DNA from: a virus
Lineage: Duplodnaviria > Caudoviricetes
Length of the DNA stretch: 64,000 bases
IMG/VR virus record: IMGVR_UViG_3300032038_000033
Location: 40,461 to 104,460 of that record
Direction: 5' to 3' (one strand)
The translations under genes and the position numbers were made by a program. The notes under the pieces are model-generated. The model worked only from the letters and a program-made list of their open reading frames with translations, did no database searches and was not told where the DNA came from. Below, piece after piece: positions 9,512 to 17,938 of this stretch (position 1 is the first letter of the stretch; each line of letters opens with the position of its first letter).

Positions 9512-9602
9512 GGGCGTTAAATAAGCTACCAATGTATTAAATTCTAAACGGTGAAACGTTGAACGTTGGGTAGAGCGAGAATTTAATCCTTATTTAGCGC
9601 CC
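9512..9602 (+). ncRNA. structured RNA, closing stem plus pseudoknot (copy 3)
   Basis: GGGCGTTAAATAAG/CTTATTTAGCGCCC; crossing helices CTACCAATGT/ACGTTGGGTAG and ATTAAATTCT/AGAATTTAAT. Confidence 0.6.
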
Positions 9603-9610
9603 GTCTATAA

Positions 9611-9685
9611 GGCCCTTTGGTCAAGTGGTTAAGACGAGAGCTTTTCACGCTCTAATCGTGGGTTCGATTCCCGCAAGGGTCACCA
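9611..9685 (+). tRNA. tRNA-Glu(TTC), second copy
   Basis: AGAGC-TTTTCAC-GCTCT arm, GGTTCGATTCC, CCA. Confidence 0.93.
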
Positions 9686-9686
9686 T

Positions 9687-9828
9687 ATAGCCTATATAAG
9701 TTTAGTTTTTATCTTAGTTGTGGTTGTTGCGAATGAAACCGTCCTTTCATTAGTAAGTCTAATATTAAAAAATTAACACCCTCACAGTTAATTATTTATG
9801 TTTATTGACTAAATACTATATAGGCTAT
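9687..9828 (+). ncRNA. long irregular hairpin RNA
   Basis: ATAGCCTATATA/TATATAGGCTAT ends; nested TTTAGTT/GACTAAA and TTAGTTGTGG/TCACAGTTAA stems. Confidence 0.4.
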
Positions 9829-9833
9829 TATCT

Positions 9834-9909
9834 GTGTCTGTAGCTCAGTTGGTAGAGCAGAGCACTTTTAATGCTAAGGTCAAGGGTTCAAATCCCTTCA
9901 GGCACACCA
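9834..9909 (+). tRNA. tRNA-Lys(TTT)
   Basis: GTGTCTG/CAGGCAC acceptor, loop CTTTTAA, CCA. Confidence 0.93.
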
Positions 9910-9996
9910 GGGTTGATATATTTTAACCTCATCTCATTCATTTTTAATTCATCCTTTGTTTTTAAGTTCGAGTTGTTTGGACGACTATTATGTTTT

Positions 9997-10031
9997 TAGC
10001 ACCTAAAGTAATTTTTAGGTGCTACTTTTTT
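9997..10031 (+). terminator. terminator of tRNA operon
   Basis: TAGCACCTAAA/TTTAGGTGCTA followed by T-run. Confidence 0.75.
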
Positions 10032-10046
10032 ACTTTTATCTAAAAG

Positions 10047-10100
10047 TTAATAATTAGTTTACATTATTATAAAGACAACTTAATAAATATCTGTTATACT
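10047..10100 (+). promoter_or_regulatory. direct-repeat/N31 promoter
   Basis: TTAATA-N5-TTTACA, 31 bp, TATACT. Confidence 0.8.
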
Positions 10101-10134
10101 ATAAGTACAGTAAAAAATACAAAACAAAACAATA

Positions 10135-10524
10135 ATGAAAAAAATGGAGGAATTAAAAATGACAAACACAACAACAAACATTCAGACATTCAACCCTTAT
10201 GCAATCTATGAGGAAATTTATGGCTATGATAGCCTTGATGTAATGACAAGAGAAGAAATAGGCTCAGATTATTATTATCACACTCTTGTTAAGAATGTAA
10301 GAGAAGCAGAGAAGTTCAACTATCATACCGATTACTGGGGTTTTGATGAAGATTATCAGGAAAATGCAGTTGAATTTGTAAGAGAAGTTAAGCCTTATAT
10401 CGGCAAACGAGTTGGCATTGAATGTGATGACGGCAATACTCTTATCTGTAAGATAGTGGGTGTTTTTATAGATAGACAGTATAATAGTCACCTTAAAATT
10501 CTTATTGAAGATGTTGAAGAATAA
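10135..10524 (+). CDS. hypothetical early-type protein
   Basis: ORF after promoter; true start may be ATG 10159 (GGAGG RBS). Confidence 0.65.
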   Translation: MKKMEELKMTNTTTNIQTFNPYAIYEEIYGYDSLDVMTREEIGSDYYYHTLVKNVREAEKFNYHTDYWGFDEDYQENAVEFVREVKPYIGKRVGIECDDGNTLICKIVGVFIDRQYNSHLKILIEDVEE

Positions 10525-10688
10525 AAAAGTTATTTAGTTAATGCAAAAAAAAACAACAATTTTGTAAGGGGTTAAACTACTAATAATGTAAGTATTTAAC
10601 CCCTTATACAAATAAAAATAAATTAATAATAGAGAATAAGGCGTTATAAGTTTACTAAATTGATTAGTTAGAAAGGATTTTGATTTAT

Positions 10689-11096
10689 ATGGTTAAAAGA
10701 TTAAGATTAAATGAAAGTGCTAATGATGATATGGAAATCATAGAAGTAATGAATAAAATTAAACAAAGTAATGTGTTCAATCGCAATTTTGATATATATT
10801 ATTTTGTATGGAATGATAAGCATTTAGAATTAAAAGCAGGAATTATGTTAGATAGATATTTTCATTACGATAAACTATTTCTTTTTTATAATTCCGCTGA
10901 ATCTAAAATTCTTAAAATGTCTTTTGAATTGTCTGAGCCATGTGATGTGATTAATGAATCTATGAGGAGATTAGCCAATGTGTTTGACAAAGTAGATTAT
11001 GATAGTGTAAATAGTTATTTAGATACTTTAAAGAATTTATGCATAAGTAAGAGTATAGATTATATAGATTTTTATAAAGAATTTATTAGATACTAA
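10689..11096 (+). CDS. putative internal head protein (MVKRLRLNE|S)
   Basis: [I/L]-x-E motif, A-tract plus ACTAATA at 10579; C-terminus similar to 45937..46299. Confidence 0.55.
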   Translation: MVKRLRLNESANDDMEIIEVMNKIKQSNVFNRNFDIYYFVWNDKHLELKAGIMLDRYFHYDKLFLFYNSAESKILKMSFELSEPCDVINESMRRLANVFDKVDYDSVNSYLDTLKNLCISKSIDYIDFYKEFIRY

Positions 11097-11207
11097 CTTA
11101 TAAAATTTATAACGCAAAAAAAAAACAAACAAATTCCTTTCATAACTAACTAATATTATAAAGTAAAATAACTTTATTATATTATAATAATGAAAGGAAT
11201 TTTTATT

Positions 11208-11834
11208 ATGGTTAGAAAATTAATGATAAAAGAGAACATTAAAGTAAAGTCAAAATTAGCTAACATTATATTTAATGATGTTAAAAATAGTATTAGTAAA
11301 AAAATTAAATCATTAGGATATGATTTATTGGATGTCATTGAACTTGATAAAGATGTTACACGAAATACATCTAATTCATCAGATTGTTACATTAAATTTG
11401 ATTTTAAAAGTACAGCAACTTCTGAGAGTTTTGAAACTACTTATGATGTTCTTACTGATATAGTAGATAGATTGGATTTAAAATATAGTAAATATTGGTA
11501 TAATGATTATGAATCCAGATTATATATAACTTGGGAATTTGAAACTTATGAAAATAATAATATGAAACCAGTTTATGGTTCATCACAACAGTGGTATGAT
11601 AGTGACTGTTATTCATTATTAATTTGGATTTATGGTTTATATGATGTAGATGAGGAATTTGAGTCTGATACTGATGATGAACCTATTAGAGATATTTCAA
11701 ACAAACACGAAGCCTATAGATGGTTACAAGATAAAATAGATGAATATGGTGATGTATCATATTTTCCTTATAATGATAGATTGAAATTAAATAAATTGAT
11801 TGATAGATTTGGTAATACTTATTTTTGGAGATAA
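11208..11834 (+). CDS. putative internal head protein (MVRKLMIKE|N)
   Basis: [I/L]-x-E motif, A-tract plus ACTAATA at 11149. Confidence 0.55.
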   Translation: MVRKLMIKENIKVKSKLANIIFNDVKNSISKKIKSLGYDLLDVIELDKDVTRNTSNSSDCYIKFDFKSTATSESFETTYDVLTDIVDRLDLKYSKYWYNDYESRLYITWEFETYENNNMKPVYGSSQQWYDSDCYSLLIWIYGLYDVDEEFESDTDDEPIRDISNKHEAYRWLQDKIDEYGDVSYFPYNDRLKLNKLIDRFGNTYFWR

Positions 11835-11889
11835 TAAATAATATAAAAAATACAAGTGTTTCACTTGTATTTTTTTTTACTTTGTAAAT

Positions 11890-11943
11890 TTAATAATTTC
11901 TTTACAAATAAAATAAGTATTAGTAATAAATATATGTTATACT
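11890..11943 (+). promoter_or_regulatory. direct-repeat/N31 promoter
   Basis: TTAATA-N5-TTTACA, 31 bp, TATACT. Confidence 0.8.
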
Positions 11944-12378
11944 ATAAGTGTACTAAGAAAGTAATTAAGTTATTTAAGGAGGAATTATATATGATGAGAA
12001 GATATTATAATACAGATTATATTGCTACATTAAATTTATATTCTTCAATAGAAGAAGCTGAAAAAGAATTAGAGACAAAAGGTGAATTTTATTACTTAGT
12101 TCGAGTGTATGATAGCAAAACAAAATTGTTTTGTGGTTATGGAGTTGAATATTAATAAGGAGGAATTAATTATGAAAGATTTAGCAATTAATAGGTATCT
12201 TAATGAAGATACAAGAAAACAGGGAATTGTTATTAATGGAGAAGTTTATTCACTTCATATTACACATAATAATGAAGTAATTATTACTGATAATCATGAT
12301 TATACAATCATATATCAGATTACATCATTAGATTTTTGGAGAAATTGTTGCGAATAATGATTAGAGGAGGTTATTGGT

Positions 12379-12582
12379 ATGAAAGCATTTGTTTGTATTG
12401 TCGAAGATTATGAAGGTAATAAGACACCAAATCGTGTTTTTGCAGAAAATGAAATCGAAGCTCGTAATAAGTTGATAAAAATATTTCCTAAATGTTATGT
12501 AAGTAAGGCTGTTCGTTTTAAAGATTATGTATTAAATAAGGAAAATAAAAATAAGATTGTAAATATGTTTACAGAAGATTAA
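12379..12582 (+). CDS. small hypothetical protein
   Basis: GAGGAGG RBS; third of three small ORFs after promoter 11890. Confidence 0.6.
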   Translation: MKAFVCIVEDYEGNKTPNRVFAENEIEARNKLIKIFPKCYVSKAVRFKDYVLNKENKNKIVNMFTED

Positions 12583-12586
12583 AAGT

Positions 12587-12730
12587 TATGCAGTGGCGGA
12601 ATAGGTAGACGCTGATGAGGATGGGAAGATATACAATTGCCTGTGGCGACAGTGAGTTACAATATATAGTATGTAGCAAATAGCTGAAGTGAAAGTATAT
12701 TATATGTGGTGCAAATCCACATCTGCATAA
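12587..12730 (+). ncRNA. tRNA-like RNA with expanded anticodon region
   Basis: TATGCAG/CTGCATA acceptor, Leu-type D-arm GGCGGAATAGGTAGACGC, ATGTG-GTGCAAATC-CACAT T-arm, about 90 nt in place of the anticodon arm. Confidence 0.6.
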
Positions 12731-12770
12731 TATTTATAAAAAAGAAAATTACAGAAAGGATTTAAAAATT

Positions 12771-12974
12771 ATGAAAGAACAATGGCAGATAGAATTTGCA
12801 AGAAAAATTTGCAGGGAGCGTAAACTCAATTATAAAATAAAAGATGAGGCATTGTATCTGTTTGTGCCTCAGGCAGGTCATTATACGAGGTCGTGTTTTA
12901 GTTTACTTGATTATGATTCTAAAGAAGACATATTGGATATGATAGTAAGAGAAATTTATACTTGGCAGATTTGA
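12771..12974 (+). CDS. 67-aa hypothetical protein, identical copy at 32353
   Basis: Nucleotide-identical to 32353..32556. Confidence 0.75.
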   Translation: MKEQWQIEFARKICRERKLNYKIKDEALYLFVPQAGHYTRSCFSLLDYDSKEDILDMIVREIYTWQI

Positions 12975-12995
12975 AGTGTAAGAAAGGATAAACTT

Positions 12996-13280
12996 ATGAC
13001 TATAAAGAAATTTGTAAAATTATTTGATAAGAAATCTATTGAAAAAGGTTTAGAATTTTATGTTGTTGCCAATAATTCACTACAGAACATATATCTAAAA
13101 CTTACACCAGAAGTTATTAAATCATTCATTGGCAAAATAGAAATTGACAACAATTCTATTTTTCTCCTTGATGAAGTTGTAACTGGTATTGTGATTCCTA
13201 TTGATATGCACGCAGCAACATTAGTTTCTTTAAAGCAGTTTGATAAAGATGATTGGATTGAATGTACTTTGAAAGGATGA
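12996..13280 (+). CDS. hypothetical protein
   Basis: AGAAAGGA RBS. Confidence 0.6.
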   Translation: MTIKKFVKLFDKKSIEKGLEFYVVANNSLQNIYLKLTPEVIKSFIGKIEIDNNSIFLLDEVVTGIVIPIDMHAATLVSLKQFDKDDWIECTLKG

Positions 13281-13876
13281 TTTTAGTTTTGAATAATAAA
13301 AAAGAATATATAATAGTTTTAATAGTATTTATACTTATGGTATTTGTCATATCAATAATAGCTATTAAAAATAGTGGTACTAATATTACTGATAATAAAG
13401 TAGATAGTAATACCACTACTACCATCACTACCACAGATACTAAAGAAACTACTACGACAACTACCCCTAAAGTTACTACAACTACTACTAAAGCTACTAC
13501 CAAGAAAAAGAAGAAAACTACTACAACTACAACTACAACCACGACAACTCCTATAGAAGCTACTACAACTACTGAATATATTGAAACATATTATGCAGAA
13601 TATTCTCCTTATGATTTACAAACTATGGGTGTTATTTATTGGGGCAATTATAGATATACTTATTATAGTGAACTTGTATTGCCTGGATATGGACTTGACA
13701 TTGACGGTAGACACATTGATGAAAATGGATTTGTATGTGATGGTAATGGCTATATATGTGTAGCTTCAAGTGCTTTGGAGTGGGGAACTATTGTAGATAC
13801 TCCATTCGGAAAGCAAGGTAAAGTGTATGATAGTGGTTGTGCTTATGATACGATAGATATTTATGTACATTGGTAA
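13262..13876 (+). CDS. membrane-anchored protein with Thr-rich stalk and 3D/double-psi-barrel-like domain
   Basis: N-terminal TM, long Thr/Lys linker, C-terminal TYYS...CVAS...GTIVDTPFG...VYDSGC...IDIY; start may be ATG 13277. Confidence 0.65.
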   Translation: MYFERMILVLNNKKEYIIVLIVFILMVFVISIIAIKNSGTNITDNKVDSNTTTTITTTDTKETTTTTTPKVTTTTTKATTKKKKKTTTTTTTTTTTPIEATTTTEYIETYYAEYSPYDLQTMGVIYWGNYRYTYYSELVLPGYGLDIDGRHIDENGFVCDGNGYICVASSALEWGTIVDTPFGKQGKVYDSGCAYDTIDIYVHW

Positions 13877-14022
13877 CTAAAAATTTAATAGTTTTAACAA
13901 TATAAGTTCTACAATTTATATGTAGAACTTATATTTATTTATACTTAATTTACAAAATTACATATATTTATTAATACGATATGTGTTATAATGTAATTAT
14001 ACAATTAAAAGGGGTATATTTT

Positions 14023-14670
14023 ATGAAGATAGGATTAAATGATATAAATAAAACATATTATGCCGTTAGAAAAGGTTATAATCCTGGCATATATGATAAT
14101 TGGGAAGATTGTAAAAAGCAAATACATAAATATAGTGGAGCAGAGTATAAGAAATTTAAAAATAAAGTTGATGCTGAAAATTTTATTAAGGGTATTGAAT
14201 TTAATAATGATATTAGTGATATAGATACTACTAATTATTATAAAGCATATACTGACGGTAGTTGTGATAGAGATAATGGTATATTTTCTTATGGCTTTGT
14301 TATACTTGATAATAATGATTTTGTTATTACAAGATGCTATCAAGGATATGAAAATAGCGAGTTTAAAGAACACGCTAATATTTCTGGTGAGTGTTTTGGT
14401 GTTCTTAAAGCATTGAAATATTGTGTTAAAAACAATATTAGCAATATTATTATATATCATGATTATTTAGGTGTATCTCAGTGGGCTAATGATTTGTGGC
14501 AAACTAATACACCTATATCTAAGTATTATAAAGCAGAAATAGATAAATTTCGTGATAAACTTAATTTTAAATTTGTGTGGGTAAGAGGACATCAAGGTAA
14601 TAGGTACAATGAGCAGGCTGACCAATTAGCTAAGTTAGGACTTAAAAATTTTACTCAATCTTTCCTTTAA
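14023..14670 (+). CDS. rnhA: ribonuclease H1 with caulimovirus viroplasmin-type N-terminal domain
   Basis: YYAVRKGYNPGIYDNWEDC domain; YTDGS, GE, HDY, WVRGH and NEQADQLAK RNase H motifs. Confidence 0.92.
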   Translation: MKIGLNDINKTYYAVRKGYNPGIYDNWEDCKKQIHKYSGAEYKKFKNKVDAENFIKGIEFNNDISDIDTTNYYKAYTDGSCDRDNGIFSYGFVILDNNDFVITRCYQGYENSEFKEHANISGECFGVLKALKYCVKNNISNIIIYHDYLGVSQWANDLWQTNTPISKYYKAEIDKFRDKLNFKFVWVRGHQGNRYNEQADQLAKLGLKNFTQSFL

Positions 14671-14686
14671 AGGAGATTAATAGAAA

Positions 14687-15265
14687 ATGTATGTAATACA
14701 ATATACAGACGGCAAATATGTCAAGAAAACAGCTACTAAAGTAACAATGACTTTCAATGAACATATTGCCGATAGATTTAGGACTGTTGAAGAAGCAAAT
14801 AAGTTTATAGACAATTATATTTCCAAGAAACGGCGTAGAAGTTTTGTAATTCAAGAATCCACAATTAAAGATGAACAAATTATTTTGAAGCCTACTAAAA
14901 ATATTCGTAATTCTACAATCTATGAGAAATTAGAGGATATGATTAATAATTGTATAGAGAATGAACTTGTAAAACTTGAAAATAAGATTGCAAGATATGA
15001 TGATATGATACTTGACATTAGACATTATATTCGGGATAAAAATACAAAATTAAATACAGTTTACGGCTATAAAATCATTAAACTTATGCAGGATATAGAA
15101 AGAAAGAGATTAGATTGCAAATATGAAATTGCCCGAATAGAGCAATTAAAATCCAGACTTGTAACAGATTTAAATAAATTTGATAAGTTTGAGTTTGAAG
15201 AATACAAGCCGAGAGTAATAACCAATATTGATGATTATATTAACGGTAATAAAGAAATTGAATAA
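14687..15265 (+). CDS. hypothetical coiled-coil protein
   Basis: 192-aa ORF with RBS. Confidence 0.6.
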   Translation: MYVIQYTDGKYVKKTATKVTMTFNEHIADRFRTVEEANKFIDNYISKKRRRSFVIQESTIKDEQIILKPTKNIRNSTIYEKLEDMINNCIENELVKLENKIARYDDMILDIRHYIRDKNTKLNTVYGYKIIKLMQDIERKRLDCKYEIARIEQLKSRLVTDLNKFDKFEFEEYKPRVITNIDDYINGNKEIE

Positions 15266-15284
15266 GAAAGGATTGAATTATTTT

Positions 15285-15626
15285 ATGAAAACTTTATTGT
15301 TAGATACATCAACAAAAATTGCTTATGGAAGTTGTAACTGTGATTATTGTGGAGAAACAATAATTCCCGGTATGTATTTTGTAAGTGATATTGTGGAAAG
15401 GCATAATGATGACGGTAGTGTGGATTGTTATGATTTTAATTCCCATATTTCTTGTAATGGAATAGCTCAAACTTATTGGGATGAAATTACTAAAAATGAT
15501 ACTAAAGAAATGAATATTACTACATTTATTCAAGGTATAAACAGAATTTGTAGAGAAAGAAAACTTTGTGGACATTCCATACCTTTTGACTTAAAACTTG
15601 CAAGAGTTTATGAAACAATTTATTGA
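15285..15626 (+). CDS. hypothetical Zn-binding protein
   Basis: CDYCG...HISC motif; AGAAAGGA RBS. Confidence 0.55.
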   Translation: MKTLLLDTSTKIAYGSCNCDYCGETIIPGMYFVSDIVERHNDDGSVDCYDFNSHISCNGIAQTYWDEITKNDTKEMNITTFIQGINRICRERKLCGHSIPFDLKLARVYETIY

Positions 15627-15792
15627 GGAATATTTTTATGATTGTGTTAGTTGTAATTGTTGCTATTTTAGTTTTTATAGCATTTTCTTTTATGATACAT
15701 TTACTGGTTGTTGCCAATAAAAGAACAGAGGGAGCTATACAAAGAGCTAAAGAAACAAAAATAGATTATGAAGAATTAGATAAATTTTTTTA

Positions 15793-16365
15793 ATGAGGAA
15801 AGGAAAGATGATACTAATGTATAAGAAATTAAGAGAATGGATAAAGTATAATTCAGATAAGGCAGTTGATATAAAATTATCTAACATAGATATAGTATAC
15901 GATATACACCAAACAGGTAAGTTTAAGCCTTCTGAATCTATGTATACTAAAGTATTACCTTGTGTTGTTAAGCAAAATGGTGATAGATATATTCTTATTG
16001 CTAACTGGTATGCTTATACATATTTCCGCTATCTTAATTTACTTAACACTAAGATAAAGTGTATTATTGTAAATCGAGATAGAGATGATTTCTTTAATTA
16101 TATAGAAAATCTTTCTTATTATCAAACTTCTGTTAAGATGAATATAAATGATATTATAATCCCGAAAGATTTTATTACTCATAAGCCGAAAGATAGTAAA
16201 ATAAATAGTGTTATTAATTATTATAATAAATATAAGATAATGGATAAGAGCTTGTGTGTAAATCCTGATAATGTTCTTATGAACGGTTATATAAGATATT
16301 TAGCTTTTGTTAAGTTAGGAGTTAAAGAAGTTACAGTAGAAAAAACTTTTGTAGAGGAGAAGTAA
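15793..16365 (+). CDS. ParB/Srx-like domain protein
   Basis: Two ParB-N-like repeats, e.g. INDIIIP...KINSVINYY...VLMNGYIRYLA. Confidence 0.55.
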   Translation: MRKGKMILMYKKLREWIKYNSDKAVDIKLSNIDIVYDIHQTGKFKPSESMYTKVLPCVVKQNGDRYILIANWYAYTYFRYLNLLNTKIKCIIVNRDRDDFFNYIENLSYYQTSVKMNINDIIIPKDFITHKPKDSKINSVINYYNKYKIMDKSLCVNPDNVLMNGYIRYLAFVKLGVKEVTVEKTFVEEK

Positions 16366-16667
16366 AGCGGTTAGATGAATACAGCTATGATGGTTTTAAT
16401 TGCAGTTATTTTAGTTCCAGCGTTTATATCTTTTTCTATTATCTTAGCATTAGTATTATTATCTTTAAAGAAGTTACCTTCAATGTATAAGTTTTCTTTT
16501 AAGTTGCTGAATGATTGTGCTAAAAACATTCTTCTTGATATTTTTGGATGTCGGCAGAACTTCATAATTATTCTAAGTCCAATCGTAAATATTTTGGTTT
16601 TAATTCTACTTATATTCGACATAACTTATTTTTATAAACTTACAAAAAGGTACATTATCAATAAGGG

Positions 16668-16979
16668 GTGATTGCTATGAAAGATGAAATTGTCGAATTT
16701 ATTAATAAAAGATTTAAAGACAAAGATTGTGATTGGATGAATGGTAATTGTTATTATTTTGCTTTAATTCTGCACGATAGATTTCCTGAAACTAAAATAG
16801 TTTATGATACATTGGAAGGTCATTTTCTTATTTTAGATAGTGATACTTCTAATCTTTTCCCTCTCTACGATTATAAGGGTAAGCATATGATAAATGGTCG
16901 TCATTTAATTGTCTGGGATAGATTTGACGAATATGACCCACTACTAAAGAAAAGAATTGAAAGGGATTGTTTACTATGA
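16668..16979 (+). CDS. hypothetical protein (GNCYYFA motif)
   Basis: GNCYYFA...GHF...YDYKG, a possible Cys-His-Asp triad. Confidence 0.55.
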   Translation: MIAMKDEIVEFINKRFKDKDCDWMNGNCYYFALILHDRFPETKIVYDTLEGHFLILDSDTSNLFPLYDYKGKHMINGRHLIVWDRFDEYDPLLKKRIERDCLL

Positions 16980-17218
16980 ATGTGTTTAAAAGATTATTTT
17001 GTAAACACCAGAACAAAATCTGCATAACTAATTTTCACGGAGATGTGATACATTGGGTTAGTTATGGAAATAAAATTATAAGAAGTGCTTGGACTTGTAA
17101 AGATTGTGGCAAGATTATTTATAGCGAATACTTAGAGCCAAGCTGTAATGTTATTAACTGGAATTTAACTTGGAATGAAGAAGGACATTTGGTCGATATG
17201 AGAAAGGAAAACAAATGA
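16967..17218 (+). CDS. small Zn-ribbon phage protein
   Basis: RLFCKH...CKDCGK pattern. Confidence 0.55.
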   Translation: MFTMNVFKRLFCKHQNKICITNFHGDVIHWVSYGNKIIRSAWTCKDCGKIIYSEYLEPSCNVINWNLTWNEEGHLVDMRKENK

Positions 17219-17664
17219 TAAAGCCTGCTGTATTGTATGAAGAAGAATTAACTAAAAAATTAAGAGAAACGTGGTATGATGAAAAATATAAATACTATCA
17301 TTTCGGTAATTTCTTTACAGATTTTGATATTGTAAAAGATACATTCAATAATCATCAATTTGTTTCTGTAGATAAGAATGATAATATTTTAGGTTATTTT
17401 AGCTACGGCGTTGATAGAGTAGCTTACAATGCAAATGAATTTGGTATTATAGCATTTGAAAATTATTCTTTGACTTTCGGTAAAGACTTACATCAAGTGT
17501 TTGATGATATTTTTATAAAATATAATCTTAATAAAGTTACTTTTTTCTGTGTTGTTGGAAATCCTATTATGCCCTATTATATAAAGATGATAAATAAGTT
17601 AGGTGGCAGATACATAGGAGAATACAAAAATCACGTTAAATTGATGGACGGCAAAATTTATGAT

Positions 17665-17900
17665 ACCCTCAATAACACATAAAATGTGTTAGTATTATTA
17701 ATATTTTTAATAATACTTAGGGTATTAGCCTAAGTCTTGAAATAAAGACTACGTTATTTAAGAATGATATAGTTACCTTGGAATGTTTAGCCAAGTTCCA
17801 AGCTCTAAGGCTATTGTTTAAACAATCTTATAATTGTAGAGATAGTGATGATAGTAAAAACCTTAAATAACATTGGCGATGGCTACATTACAGTATTTTT
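17665..17900 (+). ncRNA. IscB omegaRNA (HEARO-like) scaffold
   Basis: TAGCCTAAGT...ACTACGTT...GCTCT...AAACA...AACATTGGCGATGG signature directly upstream of iscB. Confidence 0.85.
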
Positions 17901-17938
17901 AGATACTGAATTACTTAATTATAAGTTAGGAAGATTTT

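Noticed and set aside
9503-9602. Pistol or theta ribozyme
   Set aside because: CGTTAAATA resembles the pistol linker but is sequestered in a 14-bp closing stem; the required helices were not found.
10058-10100. TTTACA as the -35 box of the phage promoters
   Set aside because: The spacer to the -10 is 31 bp, not 16-18 bp.
13405-13575. ACT/ACA trinucleotide-rich tract as a DNA repeat element
   Set aside because: Explained by the poly-Thr linker of the membrane protein.
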